A stretch of DNA of 63,997 bases, the filler included, from Basidiobolus ranarum (lineage: Eukaryota): NCBI GenBank assembly GCA_040143965.1. It is 3 parts of 3 records of this genome, joined end to end, with 100 filler letters (N's around TTAATTAATTAA, not from the genome) between each part and the next. Parts side by side here need not be neighbours in the genome. Positions count along the whole stretch, not along the records: positions 45,565 to 63,997 come from JASJQH010000275.1; 2 more parts are not named here. The stretch is one strand, 5' to 3'. The position numbers were made by a program, and so were the translations under genes. Position 1 is the first letter of the stretch. Every line of letters begins with the position of its first letter. Positions 48,596-60,808 of the stretch are shown here, one piece after another. Below the pieces are notes generated by a model. That model had not been told where the DNA came from and searched no databases. It saw only the letters and a program-made list of their open reading frames with translations.

Positions 48596-49322
48596 CGCTA
48601 GGCCGAGACACGTAATGGTGGAGGTCCTCTGGTCTGTAAACTGTACTTATCTTTGTTTCACCATCTATAATATAATATCTATTAGTAGTGTTGTAAGATG
48701 GTTTGAACATTAAATAATAAATTATTAGAAAATAGACAATGCATGAATTTAGATGCTCCCAAGTATAATCCTATATTTATTTTGCGATTATTCTTCGGTT
48801 ATGAATAGATAAGACTCGGATGCTAGGTGGGAATTATATGACACATTTTAGTCAGAGAACCGATTAGCTAGGAGATTTAGGTTATCTTTAGTTTAGAGCA
48901 ATTGGCTTGTGATCTCTACAAATACTTCATCATTCTAAATTTTATCCGCGTGATAATTCTCAGGATCTATCAGTAGCATGAAGCTGATATAATAGAGATT
49001 CCCGGTGTGACAAAAGACGGGTGCTACCTCATTCTGAGGTATTGTGTACTTTTGTTTGATTGATATTTCAATTCCTCACACCCTAGACTCAACAAATACA
49101 CCACACCCCTTTCATCGTAGGCATCTACGAAATTCGACAACTCTGAGAAAACCTCGACTATTTAACATTTTGTTTCACCTAATTCTCACCTTTTTGCCTG
49201 TAGACTTCCTGGCTGTTGGAAATCCCCAAAGTCAATACATATATATTGCAATAGCTACCTCTTGAATTAACATCACAACTTACTGTTGGTTCCCTTCACA
49301 AATATCTATAGCAGTAATAGTC

Positions 49323-50339
49323 ATGAGTCAACCTACCTCTCTCTCTGTTCCCCTCGTCAGCACCGTTCCTGCTGTAGCGCCTGCAGTAAAAAAACCACTC
49401 TCTTGGTCTAACTTGGCGTAAGATTCTTTCGAAAATATGATTTTATTTGCATACTTCATCATTCTAAACTAACATCAAAACGAAAGTATAGGTGCTGGAG
49501 TAACATTATTCGAGGTATCCACTCTTAGTCAACCATTTGAAGTGCTGAAAACTCACCTTGCTGCCAACCGTAATGATAATCTTGCCACAGCCTTCAAGAA
49601 AATCTGGCAAAGAGGTGGATTCATAGGATTTTATCAAGGATTAATCCCTTGGGCATGGATTGAGGCCAGTACTAAAGGTGCTGCTCTACTGTTTACTGCC
49701 TCTGAGGTTGAATATCGTATGGACTCTTGGGGCTTTTCCCCAGCGGCTGCTGGTATTGCTGGAGGTATGGCCGGAGGCTTGACTCAAGCTTACTTTACTA
49801 TGGGATTCTGTACATTTATGAAAACTGTAGAAATTACTCGTCAAAAAGAAGTAGGCCCCACAAAATCCACTTGGGCAGTGGCTGGAGATGTCGTCCGAAG
49901 AGAGGGTATCCGAGGTATCAATAAAGGAGTAAATGCGGTAGCGTTACGCCAATGTACTAATTGGGGTAGTCGGTTTGGTTTGTCGCGCATTGCTGAAGGA
50001 ATGATCCTAAAATTCCGTACAAATACTGACAGTCTTACCCCACTCACTAACGTAGAAAAGATTGGGGCCTCGGCTATGGCTGGTGCACTTTCTTGTTGGA
50101 ATCAACCTATTGAGGTGATTCGTGTGGAGATGCAATCCCAAATAAAGAGCCCTGGACGCCCGGAAAAGTTGACCATCTCCTCAGCAGCCAAATATATTTA
50201 TCAAAGTCATGGGTTCAAAGGATTCTATCGTGGAGTAACTCCTCGTATCGGTCTCGGCATCTGGCAGACTGTATGCATTGTTTTTGGTGGGGACAAGGTA
50301 AAAACTTGGGTGGCTGACCGCAAACTTTTGAAACAATAA
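49323..50339 (+). CDS. YHM2: Mitochondrial citrate/oxoglutarate carrier, 2 exons
   Basis: KKPLSWSNLA|IGAG...EVSTLSQPFEVLKTHLAANR, GFYQGLIPWAWIEASTKG, RQCTNWGSRFG and WNQPIEVIRVEMQS. Confidence 0.93.
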
Positions 50340-50878
50340 TTAGCCAATAAAAGAAGTTGCTTTAAAATAGAAACCCTAACAGAATTCCAATATTATATAA
50401 TCAACCAATGTAAACACAATCTGCATTCAAGTGGGATAACACTTTTATATCATTATTGAGCTGATTTTCATGATCACTAGCAAGGTTGAAGTTCTTGGGA
50501 AGTTGAGAGGTGCTAGATGGCTTAGCATAGTGATATCGGTTAATTCACCTTGCCAACAACAGCCAAGGGTACTATCGAAGAACTTGGATTAGAACAAATG
50601 AGAAATGATCCTATCAAACGCATCCATCTCCCATCCTCGATAACTTACCATCACTAGTCCTCGATAAATGATCAATCATTAGTGGTGATTGGTATGAAGG
50701 ATCTATCGGAGTTAGATATTACTGTAGGAAAGAATTATATACAAAGAATCATATACAAAGTATCTCTTTATTTCTACATGGTCACTAAAAAAACTGTATT
50801 ATGTAATGTTTTTGTTCAAAATCAATTTGGATTTCGCAGTGTTTTGGAAATTAGAATATTATTATGAGTGGCCTAGTA

Positions 50879-51924
50879 TCAACTAGTAAATTGTTTGATG
50901 AGTTTCCGTTTCCAAATAACATAGTCACGATATTCCTGAGTCTCTCTGTAATACTCATTTTGCATCTACAGATAAAAAAAGTCGGTTAAATTCATGTAAG
51001 CCTATTTTCTCGTATTCGTATTAGTACTAACCATTGCCTTTGAAATGAATTTCACTCTAGATTCTTTTGGATTCTCCAGAGTGGTTTGAACTGGTAAAGG
51101 TAGCAATTCTGCTTCCTCTGTATTCTCTACCGGAGTGGTGTAAACTCTCTTGCATCGCTTTAGAGATTTTTCTGCAAAGGACTTTTTTTGTTGAGTACGT
51201 ATTATCTTACGTTCTTTTTTGTTCACCGAGAATTCTTCAGGAGCGGATCTTTTCTTGTACGGCGTTGGCGCAAGCTGTCGCTGTATACGAGCCAAAGTAT
51301 CACTTGTGTAATATTTCACTGTTTCGAGGAATCTGTCAAACTCAGGTGTTTGAAGTCGGTACTGTTGTAAAAGACTGGACTTCAAGATGTTTGGGTGAAG
51401 TAGCTGACAATATATGTAGACTATGGTGTATTGATATTTTGGTGATGCCCAATTTACCAATCGACCTGTCTTGCAAACGACTTTAGAGTAGTTGACTCTA
51501 AAGGCGTAGTAAATGTCTTTTATATCATCGAGCATGAAGGAGTTGATAGATGGAAATCCCCGAATCATTCGATATAAACTAGTCAAGTCAAGACCCAGTA
51601 TGAAGCGTATATTGTTCAGCAAGTGGATATACGTGGAGGGCGATATTTTCATAGTTATATATGCTAAGCGCTGATTGAATTTTTCTCTGAGGCTAAACAA
51701 GGACGAGATGTTAGTATTTTCGCAGGAACGCTCGTAGAAAAGATAGCTTACCTTTCGCAGGCTAATTGTAAACATAAAGTTGGCTTGGTAATTTTTGAAT
51801 TTGGTATTGTGAGTTGTGGCAATAAGATATCCATTTCTCCAAGTAAATGTTGAGCTCTTTCCAAAATGAGAGACTTTCCATCAAGTCCCAACACAATAGC
51901 TATATCTAGAAGAATACTGGGCAT
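50879..51924 (-). CDS. ORC6: Origin recognition complex subunit 6, 3 exons
   Basis: Exon 1 MPSILLDIAIVLGLDG...ERAQHLL...TLCLQLACES; exon 2 ...YIHLLNNIRFILGL; last exon ...EYRDYVIWKRKLI* matches the ORC6 C-terminal DYxxWKRK motif. Only the middle exon appears in the ORF track. Confidence 0.82.
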
Positions 51925-52405
51925 AGTACCTCACTTGGTCTATAATTCCATGGGGAGTGCGAGTATTTATCAACTCTCATGGACATTGACATATAATATT
52001 AATTTGGTTTTAGTGATTTTTATCTCGGGCTCGTCCATCACTATCGCAAAGATGAGATGCTGAAGAAGATGTTGATGGTACGAAGTGGGAATGGCAGTAT
52101 TCAGTTCCTAGTTCCAACAACAAATGTTGTTTAGATCTCTCAGTGTTGGATCAATGTCTTATGTGGGAAATAATGGAAGCAGAATTGTCTCTCATCATCG
52201 TTCTCTACCCTCCCCATCCATCACTAGGGAAAATAATGTCCGAAAATGCAATGCAGGCAATGAGCGGACAAGTGATGAAGTTCCGATTCTTTGTAAAGGA
52301 CCAGCCAAGTAATGGTCTATATCAAGTTTATTAATTCGAGATGGCAGCGGATCAAACACTTGCGTACAATCACATCATCTAAATGGGTCTGATTTTTACA
52401 AATCT

Positions 52406-52439
52406 GTGACGTCACGTGTACTGCTCTCGATTTACGCGT
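52406..52439. promoter_or_regulatory. Clustered CRE (TGACGTCA), E-box (CACGTG) and MCB-like (ACGCGT) sites in the divergent ORC6 promoter
   Basis: gtgacgtcacgtgt...ttacgcgtt at 52406-52440; function is inferred only. Confidence 0.4.
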
Positions 52440-52734
52440 TATAACAGATTCAAATATATTTGTAGTGTGCAAAGCAAATGTAAAATAGCACTTGATTTAT
52501 TTGCAGAGGGGGATATTTTAAATCATTTACTGAGTATCTAGTATGCGATTCCTTTGTATTTTCTGCTATTTTTAGCACAATATTGTTTACTTGTTGAAAA
52601 AGTAGTGACTGAAGTACATTACTTGCTAAAGACTCATTTCCTTTTGTTGCATCCATCACGATTCAACGTTTCTTATTTGATCCAACTTGATGTTAGCATA
52701 AGACTTCGTTAAAATACCCTGAAAAGTTATCAAC

Positions 52735-54361
52735 ATGAAAACTAGACAACATCTCAAAGAGACTTCCGAAAAACTGCAAACAAGGTACTGTATGTTCTCT
52801 TTGTAAATATTGTCACTTTAAAAAATAAAATCCACTTCATCTTCATCTTGTTTATATTTTATTGAGCTTATATATACACACTTGCTTATTTTCAAAACCA
52901 ATCACAACCATCTCAGCAACTTTTTTTCGTGGCTTGGTTTTAACAATAAATTCTTTATTTTAGAAAAAAGATTGACAAAACCATAAGCAGTCAGATTAAG
53001 CCGAAATTATCCCTAAAAAAACTAAGGAGCCCACCGCAAAAACGTAAAAAGAGAATAGGAGAAACGCTGTTATCGGAACCAGAATTGGAAAAGCAGGTGC
53101 CAATTGGAGTTGCTCAAATCCCAAAACTCACTGATAAACCGCTAAAAAAGCCACCAAGAACACCGTCTACTACAACCAAATTACTTCAAAAACTCAAAAA
53201 ACCCACCAAGTCGAAAGCCAAAGAAAAACTTAACGGAAATAATTCTCAAGTTTCAGGCAAGAGTAATAGTGAAAAAAATGTTACTACTATCACACCACTT
53301 AAGAAAATTCGTCAGAAAGCTACTGGTAAGGCTTTGGGTAGGCCCAAAAAAATTATCAAGAATCCTACAATTAAACAAAAGAGATCGAAAGTGATAGAGA
53401 AGGCGGTTACTTCTCAAGAGGATGTAAAAGGCAGTTCTAATGTTAGTAACACTGAGGCAAAGGTTGTGGCACTTGTAGAGCCCGCTCCTAAATGTGAAGC
53501 AACTTTACAGAAACCCGTTGACGAGAAGCTGGAATCTGAGACTAAAACTCACGATCAAATACAAAGTAGGCATGGATTGAGAACAATCGAATTTGTTATA
53601 TTATGTCGTAAACTGAGCATTGCTAATCTATTATTTAAGAGGTCCATTCGGATACGAAGTTGAGCGATATTTGCTTCTACATCACTGAGGATGAGGCTAT
53701 TCTTAATGAATGCCAAATAAAGGAAGAGTTTGGAGGGGAATTGGAAGAGCATGTTTTGGTGACCGATTTGAATATTGAGATCCCCCATTTTGTACCAATT
53801 GAAAATTTAGGCGGACTCAAAAGGCAAAGTCGGCGGAAGCAAAACCTGGAACCGGAAACTTTGGTAATTTTAAGTAGTGATTGAATGGCACGCTGAGCAC
53901 TTTTTATTAATGAACTTAAAATCCAGGAGGACACGACATCTGTTGCTTATGAGAAACGTCACCGAAAACATGAACTTACCGAAAAGAAAATGAAAAATAG
54001 AGAGCAGGAGCTTCTTGCACATCAAGAATACAAAAAACGCCTCATGATGGAGGAGCTTCGTCATCTCAAAATCAACAAACGAACTCGAACCAACCGAGTG
54101 TCTCATCCATTACGACATAAAAATACTGACCCCACAGATGATGCCACACCAGTGCCATGTGGTGCACCCGAGCCCGCTGAATCTTTACCAACTCCCACTG
54201 TTGTGGATACTCATATTTTACTAGCCACAATTAAGCGACAATCCATTACCAGAAGAGCCAACGAAATTCCATTAATACTACCGAACCCCCTATTTTTCCA
54301 AGTTGATTTTGACCTACCACATACATATGACAACCTAAAACGTCGCAAGGGTTCCTCCTGA
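52735..54361 (+). CDS. Hypothetical Lys-rich (probably nuclear) protein, multi-exon
   Basis: The exon from ATG 52735 splices in frame to the K-rich ORF at 53085 (GRPKK AT-hook-like); further GT-AG introns appear to link the downstream ORFs. Confidence 0.55.
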
Positions 54362-55481
54362 ACCAACCTATTTTTGAACCATATTTTAACGTAAGGACAA
54401 TTCCTGAAGGCTGCATCAGTTCAACCTAGAAGATACACTTGGGGATCAATTTCTACAATCTGGACAATCGCCAACTCAGAGCACAGAATGTTTTGTAGAT
54501 CCCATTTCGAAATTAGGCTTGGTCCCGTTAGGGTGAGCCACATCTTACTATGTCCTCGGAGCTGTTACTTTTTGTGCAGTTTTACCTTGTGTACCTAGCA
54601 CAGTTGATTATATTCAAGGTATTTTTCAAAATCATTTTATATTCATTGATGCGATGAACATTCCCTGAAAATCATTGTAGACATCAATAGTCTCACTGAC
54701 AGTGGTTGAACAATAAAACCGACATATACTTGTGATAGTTTCTTTGACCCGTAAATGCATGCTTTTACTTTAAGATATTTTTCAATCTAACAGTTGGCGA
54801 GACCAGAGCTATCTGTGTGCTTCATTTGCTACATATTGATGGTCAGCAGATTTTGTTGAACGTGTTGATCAATGCGATCATATTGTAGTCAGTAAAACGG
54901 AAAAGCTGGGGCGATTTAGAGCTTTATAGAAGATACATTCGGTATTTCTGGGGAGATGATTTAAACAAACGTCAAACGTCAAATCCTAAACCTCAATCAC
55001 CAAATGATCATTTGAGTGCCCCACATATACACAGTTATGTAAGTTGAAAACATCAACACACTCCACATCGCATCTGCACTAGTAATCTACCCCATAAGCA
55101 GTTCGAACTATGTATGCTTATAACACACAACTTGCATTGGTTGAATATAAAGCGACCTACAGACGCTTCAGTAGCTTGCACCTTCTTTCACTTTCTTTGT
55201 TTCCTGTTCACCTCTAGAATACTTCGAGATCTCCAAAATAAAGATCGAGCAGGATACAACCCCTTTCATTCGATTTCGACTCTTATTAATCTCCTAAATT
55301 TGGTCTAATTCAGATACATTCTGGTCGAATCAAGAGCAATCTCTGAGAGCAAAAAGAACGATTGATTCTATTTCAAATCACTTGGTAATGGTCTATCATT
55401 CACTAGTCTATTGATGAAATTGACAACTCTTTACCAATATACACAATATAGCTTCCATTGGATCAATCCTAAATTCATCGA

Positions 55482-56264
55482 ATGGCAATGGCGTACGAAC
55501 ATAACTCTCAGAAATCCATTGACTCGGGAGTCTCGACCACATCTCACACAAGAGCGAAAAGCTTCTTAACTCGACCTGCACAAACCACCTTGCATAAGGA
55601 CATAGAAATTGAGGAAATTCAAATAACCGGAAACCCTGACTTTGCCTATGGATCAGATCTTCCTGCTCAGAATAATCGGTGTTCTGCCAGTTTATTCGGA
55701 GTTGACTCTGAGCGGGGTGAAGGATCTATGTCGGGATCGAAATCCTCTTTCGATAGCACTCTGACGAGCTCTAGTCATACATATCCAAGAACGGAAGGCA
55801 AGGACTTGCTTCACGTGAGTTTCTTAGAATTATCAAAGCAAGGAAAGTTCGATGAAAAAACCCTCTGTAGTCGTGATGATAGTTTGAAGGAAAGTTTTGA
55901 TCCTTACAAGGCACTTTATTCCATCAAGTTCGATTCATTTGCGTCTTCTATAAATCTGAGTTCTTTTTTAAGCAATCTAAAACCAAGCAAACTCAAGAAA
56001 AATCATCGAAACACCACGATAGAGAATCATTACATAGGTCGACCTGTTGCTAAGGTGTTATTTTACATCGGATTCCTCTTCTTCCCTGCGTGGATTTTTG
56101 GAGCATTCTACCTTCCTTCCCAAATCAAAACCACAGGAGAGGATTATATTTGGCGTCGTCGTAACCGTTTGACTTGTTTGATATTAACTGTATTTTCACT
56201 AATCTCCATTCTGGCTCTGATCATTTCAGATCCTAGGTATTTTGGATTCAGTACTATTCGTTAA
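55482..56264 (+). CDS. Hypothetical membrane protein with two C-terminal TM helices
   Basis: 260-aa ORF; LFYIGFLFFPAWIFGAFYLP...WRRRNRLTCLILTVFSLISILALII. Confidence 0.8.
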   Translation: MAMAYEHNSQKSIDSGVSTTSHTRAKSFLTRPAQTTLHKDIEIEEIQITGNPDFAYGSDLPAQNNRCSASLFGVDSERGEGSMSGSKSSFDSTLTSSSHTYPRTEGKDLLHVSFLELSKQGKFDEKTLCSRDDSLKESFDPYKALYSIKFDSFASSINLSSFLSNLKPSKLKKNHRNTTIENHYIGRPVAKVLFYIGFLFFPAWIFGAFYLPSQIKTTGEDYIWRRRNRLTCLILTVFSLISILALIISDPRYFGFSTIR

Positions 56265-57005
56265 ATGATCATGTAAATACGGAGCACAATATACCAATAT
56301 ATATGAATATAGAACATAATAATATCTATACCAGTATACTCAACCTAGGAATAGAGCCTAACCCTAACCTATGTCTCTCCTAACCCTACTCCTGGCTCGA
56401 CTTGGCCCACATCTTTAGTGTTTAGGTTATATGCAACCTATATGCATTCTATCTCCATACAAAACAGAATAAAGAGCATTTAACTTAGGGTAGGGGGCTT
56501 TTGAAGGGGCTGCTGTTGTAACCAAACTATGCTATGACTCGCAAAGCTCTTTTTGTGCCGTCAAGTGAAGAGTGGTGCCCACCTTTGTTTAAACTCATGC
56601 CACTTTAACCTATCTGATTGGCCAATTTTCATTCAAGATATTTGACAATGGCTTGGCCACATATGTTTGGTGGAAAATCAATCAACGTGACCAAGTGATT
56701 TATCATTAGCGTTTCGTTTAGATCATTGTTTCAAACCAGTAGAGTAAATGTTCTACAGATTGATAGATCCATAATACGATGGAATTTGAGGTGAATATCA
56801 ACCAAGCATATGCCACGAGTTCAAAAATTCCAACATTATTTCAACACATTTGAAACTTTCACAAGAGTCTCTACTTTCCGCACTTTCATAGCCTAAAACT
56901 TGACTGCATTTCTGAAAGAGTTTCGAAAGAGCTTCTTGAAAAAATCCTTTTTCCCTCACTCTCACGCTCCTTGACTTAGTTCTCTTCGACTTTATCTGAT
57001 TCAAA

Positions 57006-57629
57006 ATGGCCGTTCCAAGCTACTTGATGAGTTCTGAAGACCTCTTACGTAGTAAGAAGACACAACAATTCGACCTTTCCAAGGTTACTATGAAGGAGGG
57101 TATGACTTACTGTAAAGCTCATAACCTAGATGTCTGTGAAGATTGTGGTTATGACTTTCACGATTTGAACCATATTTGTAAGATAATGCAGCTTAACCGT
57201 GGTGAAATCCCTCCACCTAATCCACAACAAGGTGAGGCAATCACTCAATTGAAAACCCAAGGTAACGAATGTTACAAAAATAAGAGATATGAAGATGCCA
57301 TCAAATGTTACACTCAGGCCATCGAGTTCAGTAACCTTCGTCCACCTTGGGATGCTTCCCAATTGTTGCTTGAGGAGTCTACCGTATTGTTGTGTAATCG
57401 TGCTGCTTGTTATTTGGAAATCAAAAAATACCTTGAAGCATATTATGATACAGAAGCAGTCACTCAACTTCGTAGAAATTGGGCCAAGGGACATTTCCGT
57501 AAAGGTAAAGCTTTGGTTGGCTTAGAAAGATATTCAGAAGCAGTTGAAGCTTTTGAATTCGCCCTCATGTTTGAGCCTGACAACAAGGATCTACGTTCTA
57601 CTCTCGATTCAACTAAGAAACTCTTGTAA
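57006..57629 (+). CDS. SEC72: TPR protein, Sec72-like (Sec62/63 translocon subunit)
   Basis: LNH...PPPNP...ITQLKTQGN...YTQAIE...RPPWD...EE...LLCNRA pattern typical of fungal Sec72; three TPR motifs; N-terminal CxxH...CxxC. Confidence 0.7.
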   Translation: MAVPSYLMSSEDLLRSKKTQQFDLSKVTMKEGMTYCKAHNLDVCEDCGYDFHDLNHICKIMQLNRGEIPPPNPQQGEAITQLKTQGNECYKNKRYEDAIKCYTQAIEFSNLRPPWDASQLLLEESTVLLCNRAACYLEIKKYLEAYYDTEAVTQLRRNWAKGHFRKGKALVGLERYSEAVEAFEFALMFEPDNKDLRSTLDSTKKLL

Positions 57630-58603
57630 GAATAAGAACCGATTTAGTAGTTCTATACAATGTGGTCCATCCAATATTCCAACTTTTTTATGGTTTCTTT
57701 GACACTAAAGTTTGAAATATTTATACCTTGTCATACTTCATCTATATTAAACCGTTATTTTGACGCTGGCATCATGCTTAAAATGAAGGATCTATCTTAA
57801 TTCGTCACACTCTGTGGTTTATTTTTGTCACGTAATTTCTATGACAGTGATTAATATGTCTACTCAATAAATCGTTGACTAATATAAAAAGATCAACAAT
57901 GGCATATCGACTCGATCGTTAAGAAAGTGGTTGTCTCGGGTATTTTCAATCCTCTGTTTAAAAGAGAAAGCCTAGGGAATCCTGAGCTGCCACAGCATCA
58001 TACATTTCCAAACTAAACAAATCCTTAGAGGATAAATGAAATCTATTCTCCGGAGAACATCAAACATTCGCGCATACGCATCAATACATCTACACTCACT
58101 CACACCCACCCACACATACTCACATCCACGTCTACACTGATTCCGGTGAAACTGTTAGCTTATTTGAGGAGATAATCGATTGAGTGGATTCTTATCACTC
58201 TTTGAATAAAAAGAAAATCGCCGAGCATGTCTTTCAAACTAATCAGAATACCGGATCAAAAGAGTTAGAACATGAAAACAAAAGCCAACCAAAACCGGGA
58301 TTTAATCTATATGTTTTGAATCTCTTCGAAACGACTGGTGAGGTGCTCGGATTTCAAGCCGTTGGAAGAAAACAATGCATGTGTGGCCGTGATAAATCTA
58401 CCGATCGAAATGTCTTTATAAAAGAGCCATGTGGAACGTAAGTAGAAGATCAGGTTCACTCAGAAAAAAGAAAGTTTCGCTTAATTTAGTTGTATACATC
58501 TCACACCTCTCTTCCCATATCCACTTACCACCCTACGCCTCGCCCTAAATCTCATTATTATCAACTTCGTCTATTTCATATACTGATAAAGCAAAATATT
58601 CAC

Positions 58604-60399
58604 ATGCTTTGCTGGATCTCATTGTTCTCCAAAGCCATCGTTCTGTTAGGCTTTGTTGGAACAGGCGATTTACTCGAAGCAGAGATACCAGGTCTTAATA
58701 AACCTTTGCAAGATCCATTGTTTTCTCAAGTGAACCTCGGTTGGAATCCTAATCATGATGATATCCACTCACCACTAAACCACCTTTTGAAGGAAACTAA
58801 ACCCGTCCAACATTTCTCACTCAAATCAAATTTCCTCAATGCACAAATAGATTCACAACTTCATAATTACCATCAACAAACACAAAACCATCGGTCTCAA
58901 TCCTTACTAGAGGAACTTGACGATTCAGAAGATCTTGTCGGGCTTTGGGATGGTTTGGAATCTCAAGAGAAAGAGTTGATGAAGAAGATCCTTGGAAAGG
59001 GCACAGACGACGAGTTCGACTCCTCTTGGAAGCAAGAATTGGCCGCTCATCTAGACGATGAGTTGGATGATTTGGATCAATCAGATGATGACTTTAGTGT
59101 AGATAATGTCATGAATGAAATTTACGAGGTAATTGGTGGTCACTTCTGATGTTCAGCGTTGATTTGTTAATCATTGTATTGTGATTTATTTAGAGTGTTG
59201 GTCGTTACCTGCCTGGATGTATCAGTGAGGAATTCGAGACTGTCGATGAGAATATCTGTACCCAGAGGTATTGTCGTCGCGCAATCGAAAGAATGCGTCA
59301 TCGAGATAGTGGCAAAGAGTTCATCAAGAAGCGCTTTAATGTTACCGATAAAGAAGAGATGCATTGCTATCATATGGAAATGGAAATCATGTACATGCTT
59401 TTGGCCGCTAGTGAAACCTCTCCGTATATCGCTAGTATGTGGTGCCATGGACAGGATGACGATGGAATCCCATTTGTATTCTATGAATATCTCGGTGGAG
59501 AGGACATCAGTCGTATAGGCTCTTTCCGTGGATTATCTAATGGTCAACTTAGAAAGCTGGTTGCACAGTTCGTTCAAGCAGTGGACGATTTTCATACCAT
59601 CACGGGTGCAGTTCATGGTGATATCAAACCTAATAATTTGATGTTTACTGACCGAGTCCACCGAGATCATATCAAACTAATCGATTATGGTGGCGTTCAG
59701 CCAATTCATGGTGAGCTTTGGAGCGATGTCATAGTCTTCAACGAAGTAACCACTGCGCCTGAAGTATACACTGATGATTATCAACATCCACGTACTTCCG
59801 CTGACTGGTTCAGTGTAGGGGCTACGGTGTATTGGATATACATCCAAGCTTTTGCTGCCAATAACCCGCAGAGTATCATGGCTCAAGGAGATGAGTTTGC
59901 ACCATTCACTATCGATACAAACGCCGATAAAGCAGTTTACGAGATTCCTAGGAAATATCCACCGTACTTCGAGCCACAACTTATCGATTTTTTAGAGCAC
60001 TTGTTGATATTCGACGTTCAGAGACGAATGAATATCACATCCATTAAAGAACATCCTTACTTTGAGAATATTGACTGGAATGAACTTGCAAACTCCCCTC
60101 ATGCTACATATCTACCAAGCACTAATGTTGGGGACGATCGATACAAACTTCCCGCTTGCTATCCTTGGGAAGAGAAGCTCTACTCGGATCCCGTGTTAAA
60201 CTCCTGTCTACAAACCTACGAATATACTCCTGACTATGTGAATAAGACTTCCGACTTAGAAATGAAAGATGTGTTTTCTTCTATTGACCGTAAGCTGGAA
60301 GAAATTTTGGACCAAAAACTAGAAGTTGGCTCGGATTTCTTAGTCAAATCGGGAGTAGTATCTCGTGTTTTTGACACTCTACAGAAATTTCTCAAGTGA
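58604..60399 (+). CDS. Protein kinase-fold protein with predicted N-terminal signal peptide; intron 59129-59193; 576 aa
   Basis: Exon 1 (175 codons) splices by GT-AG in frame into the kinase ORF; FIKK, MEME, HGDIKPNNLM, DYG, TAPE and DWFSVG motifs. Confidence 0.85.
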
Positions 60400-60808
60400 A
60401 GAACACCCGGAACACCGCTAAACCTCAAAAATTCGGACATTTAAGCAATACTGTTACATAACGGATTCTTTCACCACGTCTGATGTTTATATAGATAGAA
60501 TACAAAATCCACACCAACCAAGTTTTGAATAGAAATCCCACCCATCACCTTTGTTAAAATATTTATATGAAATTTAATCCTAAAATCTAAAAGAGTCTAA
60601 ATCTCCGATATTTTGTTGATTTTTAAAAATCAAAAATCTTGGCCTGTCACTTGATTTCTATTAAGTTCAATGATTTATGCTGAGAATATCTAGATTTAGA
60701 ATGATAAATTCAGGACCTAGAACCTAATTGTAATCAAGAAATTATTATGAGCTAAGACGTCATTAAAAAAGTGAGCTTGAACTAAGGGAAAATCTATTCC
60801 ACTCTAAT

